Shown piece after piece: positions 11,910 through 26,733 of a DNA stretch of 64,000 nt. The notes beneath the pieces are model-generated. The model saw only the letters and a list, made by a program, of their open reading frames with translations. It was not told the DNA's origin and did not search any database. The stretch's first letter is position 1. Every line of letters starts with the position of its first letter. The translations under genes and the position numbers were made by a program. Source of the stretch: Podarcis melisellensis (Eukaryota); assembly GCA_964234715.1 (NCBI GenBank), contig OZ174278.1; one strand, given 5' to 3'.

Positions 11910-14900
11910 GTACAAATTGCCTTTCTGCCTCCTGCTCAACTATCCGTCAGCACATTCTGTGGACCATTTTTCAGTTTTTATTAGGTGCCCCCACCCTGCC
12001 CTAAAGATCTTTCAAACTTCTCTATAAAACCCTGGTATTTCCCTGACTTGTCTGCAGGGATGCCCTTTTGAATGTGTGAAGATCCATAGTCAAGAGAATG
12101 AATTCACTCTAAGATTATGGGATCTTGTCGCAAAATATGCCCATTATTTAAAAAATCACTTCAAAATATGCAAAACAAGTTTGACAAACTTTTCTCATTT
12201 GAAAGCTTCTATGATGAACATTGACAAAATGATTACACCAGAAAATATAATCCTAACCTTTTTACTCATACAAGCCCCCTGAGTAAAATGCAGACATATA
12301 ACACTAGGGGGGGGAATCAAAGACCTTGTTAAACTGAGGCATTGAACTTGGAATAAATGGAATCTGGATGAGACTACTGGAAGCTCCCACACAGAATCAC
12401 AGTATGAACATCCAAGAAAACAAAAATATAATTTTAAAAACATTGCCCTAGTTATATCTGTGAATACAAGTGGTGACGGTGGGACTGGGGGTATGACACT
12501 GCCTGCTACTGGTGGAAGCATAAATATAGCCTTCCAGGTTTCTTCCAGATAGTACAGATCGTCTCTAGCCAAGGTCAGTTTAAGAATTCATGCTGGCAAA
12601 GTGCCTTTACTGCTTATAGGTACTATCATGTTGATTTCCTGTTCTTGTAGCACAACAGGTACAAGAACTATTTGTGAATTTATTACTGTATTAGCTTAAA
12701 AAGGGGGGAAAGCAATAGTTATTGAAAATAACCCAGCTAATAATTTCCTTCTGACACTTGAGTTTAAAAGGTTAAATTACTATCTGAGGAAAGGTAATCT
12801 GGCTGCCTCTCACAGCAGCCTGCAAACCCAGCAATCTGCATAGAGAGGAGTATTTGTCATCATTAGCTGAACTGTGACAGCTGGTACCCAGGGTGTCCCA
12901 GATTCAAGAAGTGGCAAAGGCACTCTCTTCTTTTAACTTGCCATTAGGTGTAGCATGTTTCATAAGCAACAAGATATTTTGCAATACAGCATGAGACAAC
13001 AGCCCTGAATACATTTGCATTTTATATGGCATAAAAACACCCTGATGCTGCATAAATAGTATTATTTGCCTTAAGGCTACTAGCTCCAAGCCGAACAACC
13101 AATACTTTCCCCAGGAAAAAAAAAATGGCTTGTATGAAGAACACTTTGGTCATGATTTTTCTTTAAACTATTAAATTCCGGTTTTTAAATGCAGTTTGAA
13201 CCCAATAATGATCACATGTTAGAGGACATGTAATAAGCTGTGAAGCAAGAAACTCAAATTTATTTTCATGATCCTACTAAATGATAATGCAGCAACTGAA
13301 AGCTTTTAAAGAAAAGCTACAGATAACATCACATCAGTGGTGTTATTAGAAACCTAAAATGTGTTCTTAATGTGTACTTTGCAAACAATGAACTGACTTG
13401 CAGTCTTCGATTCAAACTTGGAAATAAACTTCAAAACAGATCAAATTTAGCATACATTTTTTTCAAATGGGTTTAAATGTGTTGGGGGGGGGGGAGAGAA
13501 TGCCCAAGAGATTCCAAAAAAGGCTTTCCCTAGGAAAATCTGGAGTCAGTTGACTAAAAATCTTTCAAAGACTTTTTCTTTTTTTTAAAGAGGCATAAAA
13601 ATAAAGGTTTGTGGGGCTTGAATTTTGTGTGTGTGTGTGTGTGTGTGTATCTCAAACCCTTGACAAGATTTTATTATGCACAGGCTTCTACAGTTTCTTC
13701 CCCTAGGTTAATAAACATAATTCATACTACACTTTGCATTATTATGTAAACTACTTTTCACAAATAAACTAATTTTTCTGCTAATGTAAAATCTATGCAA
13801 ATACATGCAGTCATTTATCAGGAAAGCTGACAAGCATTCCATATTGGAAAAGGAAAATGAAACTGCCTAAAGAATAGAGGCAATTAATTATTTCTGTATT
13901 TTCTCTCCGTCTGACTTAAGGCACAAAAGTTATCCATCCAGTTAAAACAGCAAATGAAATAAAGAGTTTCTTTTTTATTATTTAAACACATATGGCTTTT
14001 GCCTGCAATACTGATCACCGCAAGGTCTGCAGATGCCCATGGCTAAATTGTACACTGGCAGATGGACACAGGGGAAAACTGTGGTAATGCGGCATGGTGA
14101 GCAAAACAAATGAAGAACTGAATTTGGTGGTGGGAGGGAGTCTTTCCCCCCATTGAGATATGCCATTTGCTTATAAAGTGCAAATTAGGTCAATAATAAT
14201 TTTTGTACAATAAATATTCTACTGCTTATTCCATCAGGAGAAATTTAAGAAATCTTGTGCAACAAAAATTCAAAAGGCTGAGACAGAGATACCAGTGGCA
14301 GTGGAGATGGAAGTGTGTTGGCAAAGTAAATTTCCTACACAGTTTTATTCTGACTGCTAAATGCTAATAGCACAAATAATGAACATGTTTAATGAGTACA
14401 ATGAGGCAACTGTGTCCTAAGCGTGTGCTGTTATTTTACCTTGGTAAGAGGCAATCTCTCAAGGTGCAGATGAAAATTGCAAACATTAAGGCACAACCTA
14501 GCAAATGTGATATTACTTACATATACTTCCTACTGCCAATGAGAAGTCTTTATTTATTAACTGTTTCGTTTTACAGGGTTATTAAAAAAACATGTAGGGT
14601 CTAAGTTAGCCTTTGATATACTTGAGAAATGATTTATAGGAGGGAGAGAGAGAATGTGAGTATGGCAGAATATTTACTGGAAATTGTTCAGTATTATTTT
14701 TCTAGCAATAACTTTTCTGCTAATAGGCCTGTAAACATGCACAAAGTTGACTTGAAATTACTCTTTCAATTATAACCGAACGTCTAAAATAAATCACATA
14801 TCCAGTTTACTGTTTCGTACTGTGCTGAATTTTTAAATGAATTTCTAGAGCACATTACCAAGCAAAATTGCTTCAAAATAATTTAGTGACACCATGCAAT

Positions 14901-16317
14901 ATTCTTAAAATACCAGAGTATTTCTACTCTAACTTTATAAACTACATCTGGAAAAGAAATATACAACCATTCCAACCAACGGCAAAAAGTATTACTCAGA
15001 ACATAATGATTCTGTTAAAAAAATGTTTGCCATTGGTTGAAACGGGTATACATTTCTTTATAGAGGTGACCATGAATAAGCTGTTTCCAGAGTTAAATTG
15101 GAAGCACTATCATACATTTTACAGGGAAGAACAAACAAAGGGGATGAAAAATGGTTAAGAAATGAGCAAAGATATCCATTTGGAAGAAGGACTTTTTAAT
15201 GGAATCTATCACTTGATTGTATCACATTGTCTGAATCAGATTTCACTTTTATAGCTACAGAGTTTGTAACACTGTTCAAACACATTCATGTTACTCATAA
15301 AAATGTAAATGGCTTGTTTTATATTTCAAACATCAAACCCTTTTGGAAATCGCATTCCTCTCTTCAATGTACTGAATGCAACCATGAGCCCCGTGCACAC
15401 AGGGCTTTCTAACTGGGGATGTGGAAAAGTGCCCTCTGAAAATTTGATGGTTTTATCAGAACACGTATGGCTTCCCTTGAGATTCATCTGATGTTCTGCC
15501 ATAGAAATAACTCCTAGACTCACTTCAAATTTTGCTTTAGGACTCCTTTTCTTTTCAGTGGAAGGAATATTATCTACATTCTACACAAGCTTTTCGTCTT
15601 GCATGTGCTGAGAATTTCTCTCTTGTTGAAAACAAGAGATTGCTACTAGGCAGACTGGAAATGCATTCAAGAGGAGTGTATCGATATAATACTTAAAATG
15701 AAGTTTGATTCCTGAATTTGAAACATATTTATCTTTTTTCTTGTTTTAATATGCAGTATGAATTTACTTCCAGATGAGATACAACATCAAAGATTCCTGT
15801 CTTTGTAGATCTGGTTCTCCTTTTTCTACTCCCTCTTTGTTCACAAATAAATCTTCTGTGTATGTGAATAATAATACAACTCTCCAAACGTTACAGTATA
15901 TGTGGACAATAAAACAATTTCCCAAACAATATAGGATGAAATCTCCATTTTGTACTTTTTCAAACACCAATGGGAGATTATGCATAGATGGCAGGTTATT
16001 GTCTCATCCCCCCCTTCCTTTCAGAGAAATATCATTGCTCTAAATCTTGTTTAAATTTTGCTACATGTTCCTGTGCCTCTCAATACAACTGAGAAGGTTG
16101 TAACTCTAAAGAATGTGGTCCAAAACTGAGTAATTCCATGCAAAGAGGAGAGGAGTTGTGTGCTGGAGAAAGACACTCCCTGTCATCAAGGCTATTTGGG
16201 CCTATAAACTTACTCTTTTCAGGAGGAGTGCAGTTCCATTCAAGACAGGTCACCTATTCAATTAGTGGACTTTAGAACTACCCACAATCCATGCCCAAAT
16301 CTTGTCAGGAGTCTTTC

Positions 16318-16582
16318 GAAGAAGAAGAAGAGGAGGAGGAGGAGGAGGAGTTTGGATTTGATATCCCGCCTTTCACTCCCTTTAAGGAGTCTCAAAGCGG
16401 CTAACATTCTCCTTTCCCTTCCTCCTCCACAACAAACACTCTGTGAGGTGAGGGGGGCTGAGAGACTTCAAAGAAGTGTGACCAGCCCAAGGTCACCCAG
16501 CAGCTGCATGTGGAGGAGTGGGGAAGCGAACCCGGTTCCCCAGATTACGAGACTACCGCTCTTAACCACTACACAACACATC
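16318..16582 (-). mobile_element. tRNA-derived squamate SINE with simple-repeat tail
   Basis: Minus-strand head GTGTAGTGGTTAAGAGCGG...CCGGGTTCGCTTCCCC (A/B boxes), MIR-like GTGACCTTGGGC, (CCT)n(CTT)n tail; highly similar to 56533-56757. Confidence 0.85.
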
Positions 16583-16589
16583 CTCAACC

Positions 16590-17070
16590 ACCAGTCCAGC
16601 ACGTGAACAGTCTCTCCTGATTCAGATGGAACGGAGACACAGAGTGGTGTCATCCACACACTGATGATAACACACATAACCTTCATCAGGGACTGAACCT
16701 TGTGGGGCCCACAACATAACTGTCAAAGAGCCAAGCAGAAATCACCCAATGCTACTTTGTGGTATTGATCCTGCATTTAGGAACAAAACCACTGTAACAG
16801 AGTGGCCTCAAATGTCAATCCCTAGCACTGATACAGAAGACTGCCACAGCCAATGGCATCAAAATCTGCTGTGAGAGCAATAAAAGTAATCTATGCGGGT
16901 GACCAAGGCTCTGTCAATGCCAAAACAAGGCCTGAAACCATATGGAAATAAGCCTCAAAACAATTTCCTCCAGGGACACCTGAAGTGGACTGGAAACGAC
17001 CTATCCAAAAAAGAAGGCCTTTCTGACCAGGTGGTAGTTGTCTAACACTTCAAAGTCTCAAAGTCCAGTG
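16590..17070 (-). mobile_element. Degraded L2-type LINE RT fragment
   Basis: Minus strand gives HQCVDDTT (decayed HQYADDTQ) near 16650 and GFRPCFGIDRALV near 16900-16940. Confidence 0.6.
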
Positions 17071-19627
17071 ATGTCCTCTTAAAGATACACACACACATGT
17101 ACAAATATTCCTCAATCACATTCCCTTCAGTTGCATTTTTATATAAAACCTAAAAAAGCTAAAATTTTAGCATTTTTCTTGGATGAGGAAGATTCCTCAT
17201 CCTCTCTGATGATTTCAAGTGGTTTCGTCAGCATCTCAGCTTTATACTTTTAAAACTAGAGGGTAAAAAAGCACTATATCAATCAGGGGGGCTTTGGCAA
17301 AAGCCTATTTGACAACCCAAGAAGATCACGTCTACTGGATGTGTTCTGTGTAAATGAGCAGCTACTCTTACCCCTAAAAGAAAAAAGAAAAAATCCCTTT
17401 TAAGGTTATGTGTCTGCACCAAATTGTTTATTTCTGGGACAAGTAGGGTCTCTCACATTTGTCTCTCTTTGCCCTGATAAAGTCCTGTGCTATTAGTTTT
17501 CATGGCACAGCATAAAGAAACGAACTGCATATCTTTCCTACCAACAGATGAGGCATGGAGATGCATGTGAAGATGGACTTCACCCTATAGAGAAGAACAG
17601 TGGGGGAGAACTGCATTAAGTAGAAAAGCTGGAAAAACCTTTCGCTGCTGCTGGTGTGTGTGCGTGGTTGTGTGTACATGTACTCCAGCCTGCTGTTTGA
17701 CAGGCATCCTGAGACAACATACAGATAAAATGAGTGCTTCCTTTAAAAAGTACCCACTAACCCCCTCCCTCCAAAATCAATCCTAATTAAGGCTAGTACA
17801 GTGATGAGGTACAGACTGCACAAGCTGTTTTCACTATATCTCTCCAGAAAAGCAGCTGGTGTAGAAGAACTTAAAACGTCAGTGAGACAAACCTCCCTTT
17901 GTAACAAGCCACATTGACCGTTCCTCAACAAGATTGGTTATATGTACCATTCTAGCTTTCATAATGCATTCTGTGCTTGCCTGGAAAAGGGGTTAGGCGT
18001 ATAAGTCTGTAGTTTTCTTGTTTTTAAAATAAAATAAAATAAAATATCTTGACCACTTTCAAATCTTTTAATGAGAAGCCAGTTTTGCATACACATGTAA
18101 GTTCAGGTATTTCACATCCAAGTTTTTTCGAGAATGTATGGGTAAATGTTATTCAGCTTTTAATTTTGTTAGTTAGCTTTAAGTGCAACCTCTATTTGAC
18201 GTGGTTCTTCTGATGTACTACTAGAATAAAAGATGCAGCAAGGGGTTTCCCTTTGACATCTTCCGTAGTAAATTTTTAAGATTTATCTACACTTAAATAT
18301 TTGGAGAGAAAGAAAAAGGCACAAAGAAGAACTATAAGGAAGATCATGAAATAAGCTGTATGTGATTGAAAATGAAAAGTGAAAGCGGGCGGTGAGGCCT
18401 ATGAAAATGTATCCCACAATAAACCTGTTAGTCTTCAAGGTGCCTGGGGACACTCTGTTGTTTTGCTGCAATAGGGCAACACAGCTACTGCTGAAAGTTA
18501 CAGACCACAGACACACTGAGAGTGAGTTTTACCAGCACAAAGCAAGCAGCAGAAAGCAGCAAAGAAAGAACTGCAAATGGAGACAGGATGCATGGCTATC
18601 CACCAGTTATATAGCAATGACATTTAGGAATGGATACCATATTTTATAGACCGTTGAAGAGCACGGCTCAAAAAGGAAGCAGCAGCAAATCCTAGGTGCT
18701 AGCTTCAGCTTTTTGCAAGCCAACAGCAGTTATTTACCTTCTACCCTAAGCCAATATTTCAGATTTTTATTTTATGATGCCCAGGTAAGCAGTTGCCTCC
18801 AGTCCTCTTGACACACTGAAGTACAATGTGGGCAGTTGCTTCATCCAGTCAGTAAAAGAAGAAAGGCAGGAAAATGACATTCCATCAGGACTAACCCTAC
18901 CACTAGGCAGAAAAGTGTGGGTGCCATGGAGGGGGTTGGGGACAGATGTAGCAAGGTGTTGGCTGACAGAGCTTTGCCTGTCCTGCAACCCCTAAGCAGA
19001 TTTTCCTCAAATTTCATGTTGTTTTGATTTTATTAGTTGTTGGTCTTAATACTGTGTTGCTTTTATGTTCACCGCCTGATAGACTTCTGAATAAAGGTGT
19101 GGTTCAGACATTTTCTGAACTGCCTTGGGATGCAGTGGAAGACATTGGCAGATGGACAATGTTGAGGTTAAGCTTCAGTTGTCAGTGCAGCTGCAAAATG
19201 TGGAACACAGGTTGAGGGAGCACCATCTTGTGCTTTGTCTCAGGCAGCTCAGTGACTTGGGCCACCCTGAATTCCACATTTTTAATCACAGCTTAATCTG
19301 CTTTAAAGTGTAGTTTGGGGAAAAACTTGCATGAGTGTTGACTTTTTGGATAATCTGTCATGGCTTCATCCGGAATTAGAATATTTAAAGAATGTGTTCC
19401 AGAGGAGATGCATTTCATATCACTCATCAAAATAATTTCTCCAGCAGTCATTAATGGGGACATTTAGAGACATTCCTCCCACTGGCAAAGGAAGCATTAC
19501 TGAAAGCACTGCTGCCCTGTATATTTTAAAACAGCCATTAGGGTTGCTATTGCATACTCATTTATCTGGGAGTATGTCTCACTGAACTCATGGGGATTAC
19601 TTCTGAGTAAATGCATGTAAAATTATA

Positions 19628-19844
19628 CAGTGGTACCTCGAGTTAAGTACTTAATTCGTTCCGGAGGTCCGTACTTAACCTGAAACTGTTCTTAACCTGA
19701 AGCACCATGTTAGCTAATGTTAGCTGCCACGCCGCCGGAGCACGATTTCTGTTCTCATCCTGAAGCAAAGTTCTTAACCTGAAGCACTATTTCTGGGTTA
19801 GCAGAGTCTGTAACCCGAAACGTATGTAACCCGAGGTACCACTG
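19628..19844. mobile_element. Tc1/mariner-Tigger type MITE, family A, second copy
   Basis: TA|CAGTGGTACCTCGAGTTA...TAACCCGAGGTACCACTG|TA; internal sequence nearly identical to 10628-10861. Confidence 0.9.
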
Positions 19845-20052
19845 TATCACAGTTAGAGAGTTATAACCATTGAAGCTCAGCAAGACTCATTTCCAAGTAA
19901 AGATGTAGAAGATCATTTATTTTGGAGAACCATAGGACAGTGGAAATTCTGCTTTAAGTGCTCCCGCCTCCCACAAAGAGTAGATAGTCCAATACTGAGA
20001 CTTTGCATATTAGACAGAGAGAGAGAGATTTACTATGGGGCTGCAGTTTATA

Positions 20053-20790
20053 TTGTTGCTGTTGGCATCCATCTGTCTCAAGAGTCAACGGAGTGCACCT
20101 CCAGGAGTGAAGTCAAACCGCTGTGTTAGCAGCACCGAAGTGACCTCCCTGGGGAGCAAACCTGGGCAGTGTGCATGGAGGTCCTGGGCTGCCCAGACAA
20201 CAAAACACCCCTCTAGGCCTTGCTGATGTGGTCCAAAGGAAAGCAGAGCAATACCTTTTGCACCAGCTTAGCTGCAGGAATTGCTGGAAGGAGGCACACA
20301 AAGCACCATCCAACTATCTTAGGTACGAGTACCCCACTCTAGATTTGTGTAGGGTTTACTCCTTAGCCCTTTCTTCTCCTGAATATATCCCCCAAAGCAG
20401 TACAGGTTTAGAACTAGAGTTTTCCTTCTCTTAGATGGGCTATCTTCCAAGGTGGACAAGCCCTATCTGGACCTCACTTCCCTCAACAGAATGTGCATAA
20501 ACTGCCTTATTGGACCCACTACTGGTCTCATCTGTTCAGTCTGCTGGAGCCTGTCTTCACATGCAGGGAAAGTCCCTAACTCACCAAGGGTTTGAGACCC
20601 CTTGGCTACCCTCACCTAGTTTAACCAGCCAGTTGGAAGTCACTCCTGGGGTGTGGCTGCTGTCACATGCTGAGAGCTTCTAGGAGCCATAGGTGAGAGC
20701 TGAGTGCAGCATGGGGACCAAAGATGGACAAACTATACTAGACGGATCACCAAGGGTACTACCCCTCCCCTAACACCCCACAAACCCCAG
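20053..20790 (-). mobile_element. Non-autonomous RTE-derived retroelement (5'-UTR-like part joined to an RTE-type tail)
   Basis: Minus-strand 3' end ...TTGAGACAGATGGATGCCAACAGCAACAA resembles RTE tails. The internal motif TTGTCCACCTTGGAAGATAGCCCATCTAAGAGAAGGAAAACTC resembles RTE 5'-region sequence. No RT ORF. Confidence 0.55.
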
Positions 20791-23700
20791 TTAAGACTGG
20801 TGCTTGCTACTTATTTTAACTGGACTTTTTTGTTCAGATCTGCCATTGTTGGTTTCTATATTGTGTTGCTTTAATATTATTCTAAGCTACTTCAAATGGA
20901 CAAATGACACAAATGATTTTTAAAATACATTTGTTAGTCTACCATTAGGCTTCAAATCTGAAAAATTGATTTGCAAAATAGTTTCCAAATTTCAACTAAA
21001 GAATTATTAGATCATGGTATATAGAAGTCACTAAAATAAAGCTGCTGTGTTACTATTGTTATTGGCCTTTTTTTGGCATAAGAGTGTGTTACTATTCATT
21101 CCTGCCAACTCTATGGTTCCACTATGCAGTATGGTCCATACACAGCTATGTTACCATGACATTTCTAATGCCAGTTCAACCAAAATCTCTCCATCTACAA
21201 ACATATCAAATACCATAATGCCCATAAGTCATACAATGGCCTGTGCTGTTGCAACTACTGAGAAAAGATGCAACAATGCCCAATTTGAAAAAAAACTAGT
21301 GCCACAGCCTAACAATGGCTGAGCATATATGGTTGATGCATCTTCATCAGTTGCAGCAGTAACAAGGATTTTCTACCAGCCTCTGGACCTTGGCTTAATT
21401 GAATCCAGATATTTCTTTGGTTTCTCAGGATAAGTGGCTTCTTGTTAATGGCTATAAGGAGTAGGAGTATAGTATGGAGGTGAGTGGTGGTGGAGTGCTT
21501 TTGAATTTGCCTTGAACTATCCACTAAATTCATGACACTTCTAAAAATCAGGTGGACAGCAATTTGTTGCCTTGCAGATTCTCAGTACCTAGGAATTTCA
21601 CAGCTTAAATCAATGTATTTTTTAAAGTTCAAAATCACAGCATAAAAGTTTGAAAATACTGTGTTGCAAAATCCGGTTCTAACTGCAGACTTTTAACTCC
21701 AGAAACACAGATGCTGTGTGACTCTAGGCACTACTTCCAGAAACACTGGTTTCAGCCCAGTGTAATGCATGCCTAACAGTGGCCTATTAAAACTCATGCT
21801 CAGCTTCATACCTACAATGATTCATTTACAACTTCTGCCTCCGAATACTTGTGGCAGATTCCATGTGACTAAAAGAAAAGCTATGTCTTTTTCTCACACT
21901 GGTTTCTACCTAGTATCATGCATAATAGTGGCCTTAGATGTGAAAAATAGATCTCAAAACAGCCCTTACTTGGGAGGCGAATTAAACTAAAATCAGTAGG
22001 ACGCTTCTGAGTAAATGTCCTTAAGGTGAGGTAAAAATCCATTTAAACACGAGTACTTCACAATAATTAAGGCAGCTTGTGTGCATCGTGCTAACCATCC
22101 GAATAACATCTGATAGTATATGAATGTGTTTTAATCTTTTGTACATTTTTACTTATGTCTGCTTCTAGAAATTCAGTTCCCTCTTACAAACGATGCCTTT
22201 CTGGTCATCCTGTTCACTCTGTTAAACAATACATTTTAGAAATCTTGTTTATAGGAAAGATTACTTTAAGCTTTCAAAGCTGTTTATCCAACACATGCTG
22301 CTTCATTTTCAAGGTCAGTATTGAATATTTTAGTCACTTAATCACATACAACATGAAACAGTAATGAAAGTTCTGTTGGATGACCCACTGCAGATGCAGT
22401 AGATTAAAGGGAGCTAATCCCCTCTGATTCCATAGACCATTCTGGGTTCAGGAAAAAAAGAGCATTCCCAAAGTAGGATTCTTAAAACGTCACTGTTGGA
22501 TTGCTTTAACTGAAATCTGGCATGCTGAGAATGTCTGCTTTTGATGCAGTTGATAAATAAATAAACCAAACACGGCAGTGCATTTCCCCATATTATTCTG
22601 CCTGCTATTTACTTGCCAGCACTATACAACCTGTTGTTGCAAAGAAGAAAGTGTGTTTGTCTTAAACATTCTTCTAACAACACTGAATGGTTTATTTAAA
22701 ACATAAAAGAGAGATCTTAGTGGTTGTTCTCAAGTGTCCAGAAGAACAGAATGTAGTATAAATACCATTTTGGAAATTTACGGAGATACTTTGGCTTATT
22801 TTTGGCACAGCGCCATAACTAATCTGTGAGAAACATTATTTGGATATTACCCACTATGCCTGAGCTCTGTAAGTGACATAAGACTCTGTGTGATACACAG
22901 TACTCATATGCGATTTTTGCTTGTACTGTTTTAATTCTTGCTTCCCAAGAATCATCGCACTAAATTATATATATGGGAAAAGCAGTTAGGATAGTGCTTT
23001 GGTAGAGGAGGGGGAATGAAAAAACTGCATTTCAAAGAGACAGGAGAAGAGGCTTGAGCAGCCCATGGCAGCTATCAAAACACAGATTATAAAATTCCTA
23101 CATGCTGTGATGGATTATCTGGGACATGGGAAACAGGAAAACAGACAACAACCATCCCTAAACTTCATTACAATACTGGGTTTGGGGTCCAATTTGTGGG
23201 GGCACTTCTCAGTCAGAATGCAAAGGAGGCAGGCAGAGAATTAGAAAACTGTATCAACTTAACCGCAAACAGAGTCACTGTGGAAATAACCATGTTCAGC
23301 TTTTTTCCCAAAAGCCGAATGACACTGCTGAAATATTTGTAATACATTTGCAATGTTTTGGAGAAAGGAAGTAATGGGGGGAGGGAAAAGAGCAGAGAAC
23401 ATAATTCTTTCTAGACCAGCCGTGGAACACTCCCATCAGCCTCAGCCAACATGGCCAATGGAATGATGGGAGCTGTAGTTCAGCAAAATCTGGAACAGAG
23501 AATATATGTGTAAAAAAGCTCTGGGACTGTAACTGTGTCAAGTACTAATGGTATGGCCACAGTCTTAATTTTTGCATGAGTCGTACCCTGTGAAATTTCT
23601 CTCTAAGCAACTGTAAATAAACTTATGCACAAGTCCTTTGTAATATAATAATGCATTCTATCTGCAGATAAAGTATTTAATAATTATAAACATGAAAAAA

Positions 23701-26663
23701 GCATTATGGTCATTACTCTGATTACCCTTTTAATAGTATGTTTCCCCACTCTTAGTTTGAAAGAGTCATAACAAAAGAAATACAAAAACTCAAAGTCACC
23801 ATAAATTAAACTGGAAGAAAATACACCTTTATTTTTTTCCCAATGACAATAAAAGTGAATCTGCTACAAAGATGTATGCTTCATTTCTCTAGTGGAAAAA
23901 AGAAATTTATTTTGGCTTGCAGGATGATGTGTAATGAAATGGGTGGGGGTGGAGAACTGTTAGAATATCAGATACATTAAATGAGCCTTCAAACCCACTC
24001 CAACAACAGGGATAAATAATTCAATAAAACCCACTTCATATTCTGTTTCCCTAGTGCAATACACAGATATTAAAAAACAAGACTTTAAACTTATGAACAG
24101 TGGTGTGAAGAATCACAACTACACAAAGAGAATTCAATGTGGCATAAATAGAAGAGCTTGTGCATTCAAAGCAACCAACATGTTTTCTCTAGCTGGAAAG
24201 CCAATATTCGTAAAATTAAAAATGAAGTTGCTAATTAATAAATTATGTTTGCTGAACACAAAATCAGTCTAGGCACACTTCTTTTCCAACTGAGATAGAC
24301 TTTTTGAATAATACTGCAACAATATTGCACAAAATATTTTATGTGAAGGTATGGGAGCGGGAGTTCCCAGCAGAGTCTGTAAAAGTGAGCAAGACTGTGC
24401 AACAGGAACAACAACAGCAGAATTTGAAGAAAGGCACTCCTCAGACTTTCCTACACCTTTAATTCCTTGCACAATTATCAATCCTAATTTCCACTTGGTT
24501 ATTTTCATCTTGCTGTGCTGACAGAAGTCCTTATCGCTAAGACCAAACTTGATTCAGTTGATAGGTGGATGTAGTGAAACAGAAAACTGACTATTTTAAA
24601 TATAGGAGCATATGTAAAGTGTGCTAACCACCTTCAAACAAGCATCTTAATTTATATTTGTTCATCTAAAGTGAGACTTCTGTATGACTATGAAGTGTAA
24701 AAGTCTTTGTTAACATCCAGTCCAATTCATCACAAAGAGAAGCACAGGGATTCATTCAGTTTAGTTGCATTTGGATTCAGTGCAATTAAAATTGGCATAA
24801 ATCCTGGAAGGACTAAATTTTTAAAATAAAATTAAAGTTCACATTGAATTTTGTATCTAGGCTAGTTTTAAACACCCTTACTACAAGTGGATGTGAAAAA
24901 CTTCCAAACAGCTTTAAAAAAAATGCCTTACAAAATGTTTGAAAATTGGAATTAATTTTAATCTAGTATGCTAAATTCTATAACACCATTGTTATGTTAC
25001 ACAACTTTTCTCAGTGCCTACGTGTTTTTTGTATGCAACAACAAATTCAATATTTTTAATATAATAATAATAATAGAACCCCTAAATGTTATCCTTCTAT
25101 ATTTATTAGATTAAGTTTACAGTACAGTCCAAATAAATCAAAATATCTGGACCAACTGCATCAGTTACTGAATTAATTTTAAAGAATCAAAACTTTTAAC
25201 ACTATGTGAAAAGCAGCTTGATCTATAAATTTATAAAGGAATATTTATTCTAGTGAAACTGGAGTTCAATCATTGCCTACAACAGAACCTACTCTCCCAA
25301 GTACACAAGCTTGCAGTTTTAGTCTCCAATTCCATACATAGTTACCAAGTAGTAAGTTCCACTGTATTTTACATACAAAGCAGACATGCACAGATCACAA
25401 TATGAGGTGTAGCAACATTTTGCTAACGCAGGCTTATAAATTGCTGTAATTATTTTATATTTAATGACAATATTCTGCAAGAAACATTAACAACTTTGTG
25501 GTGTAACAGATAATTCAACCCATTTATAGCTCAATCCTAACCAATGTAAGGAATTTGAAAGGGAGTTGATTCTAACCTTCACCTTATCATTATGGAAACA
25601 AGCTAAATATAAGTCTAAAGACTTCACTGTGTGTGTCATCTCAGCAGCTAGAAGAGCATAGAGGAACCACTTCAGGAGAGTGCTTTGTTGTGAAGATTTT
25701 CAGTTATCACAGAGGAGTTTTGTTGCACCTCCACTGAGAACCGAATTTCAATTTATTACTATGTGTTTTCCCCTGTACTAAGCGGTTCAGTAGATCACTG
25801 CACAGTTCCAGCTAAATTTCTGTATTTGGACAACACAGCCTGTTCGCTACTAATACAGTACTGTTAAAAAGAAGTGCAGGGACTGTGCTCCGGGGCCGGG
25901 CTCCCGGTTCAGAGGAGCAAAGTCGAGATGCTTGCCAGACTCTCCTTGCGCAGGACTCTGGTCCCTTCTCCCACCGACCCCAAACACCCTCGGGATGAAG
26001 GAGATAAAATGTGAGAGCGCCACGCTAGTGCCTTCCCCCTTCGCAAGCTCAAGCCTTAGCCTCTTAGAGGCGAGAGGGCGAAGGGAAAAAGCAGGACGGG
26101 ATGCAGACGGGTCTCTTCTCTGCGGGAAAGAGATTTGCTTGCGCAGCGTCTCTCCTGGCGCCCCTCCACCTGTTGTTGGGCTGATCCACCCCAACCTATC
26201 CGCTCGCCCACGGTCCTTCCCTGCCCCACGCACATTTCTGAAGCTAAGCTCAGGCAAGGCCACGCTGGTGAGCTGCTGTCTGGAAGCGTCTCGACGCCGT
26301 TTGCAATCCCTGCCCAGACAGAAAACGGCCGCGCAGAAAATGCGCGCCCCGCCAGATCCTCATCCTTGTCCACAGGAGGATGCGCTACCGCTGCCTCCCC
26401 GCGCCCTGGGCGGCGGCTCCAGTTTCTCCTCCTTTCGCCTCTATCTAATTCAACGACCTAACACGCCCGGAGAAGTGCACAGTGAAGGCAACCCAAACAG
26501 ATCGCTAGACGCAAAGGTGATCTGAAGGGCCAAGCAGCCACAATAGGATCCTAAAGGGACCAGGTTGCTGCAATGCCCAACACGCGACTTGTCGATGGAC
26601 TTGCTTGGAAGGAAATGCCTTTAGGGTCGGGCGATAAGGAAGTAGGTCTAATCAATGCAACGA

Positions 26664-26732
<69 letters not shown>
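26664..26732. repeat. (AAT)23 microsatellite
   Basis: Perfect trinucleotide run. Confidence 0.98.

Positions 26733-26733
<1 letters not shown>

Noticed and set aside
1-25800. Next NBEA exon (expected VLAYTEGLHGKW...); also the preceding exon, looked for in 51300-64000
   Set aside because: Not found by eye. Both probably lie outside the window.
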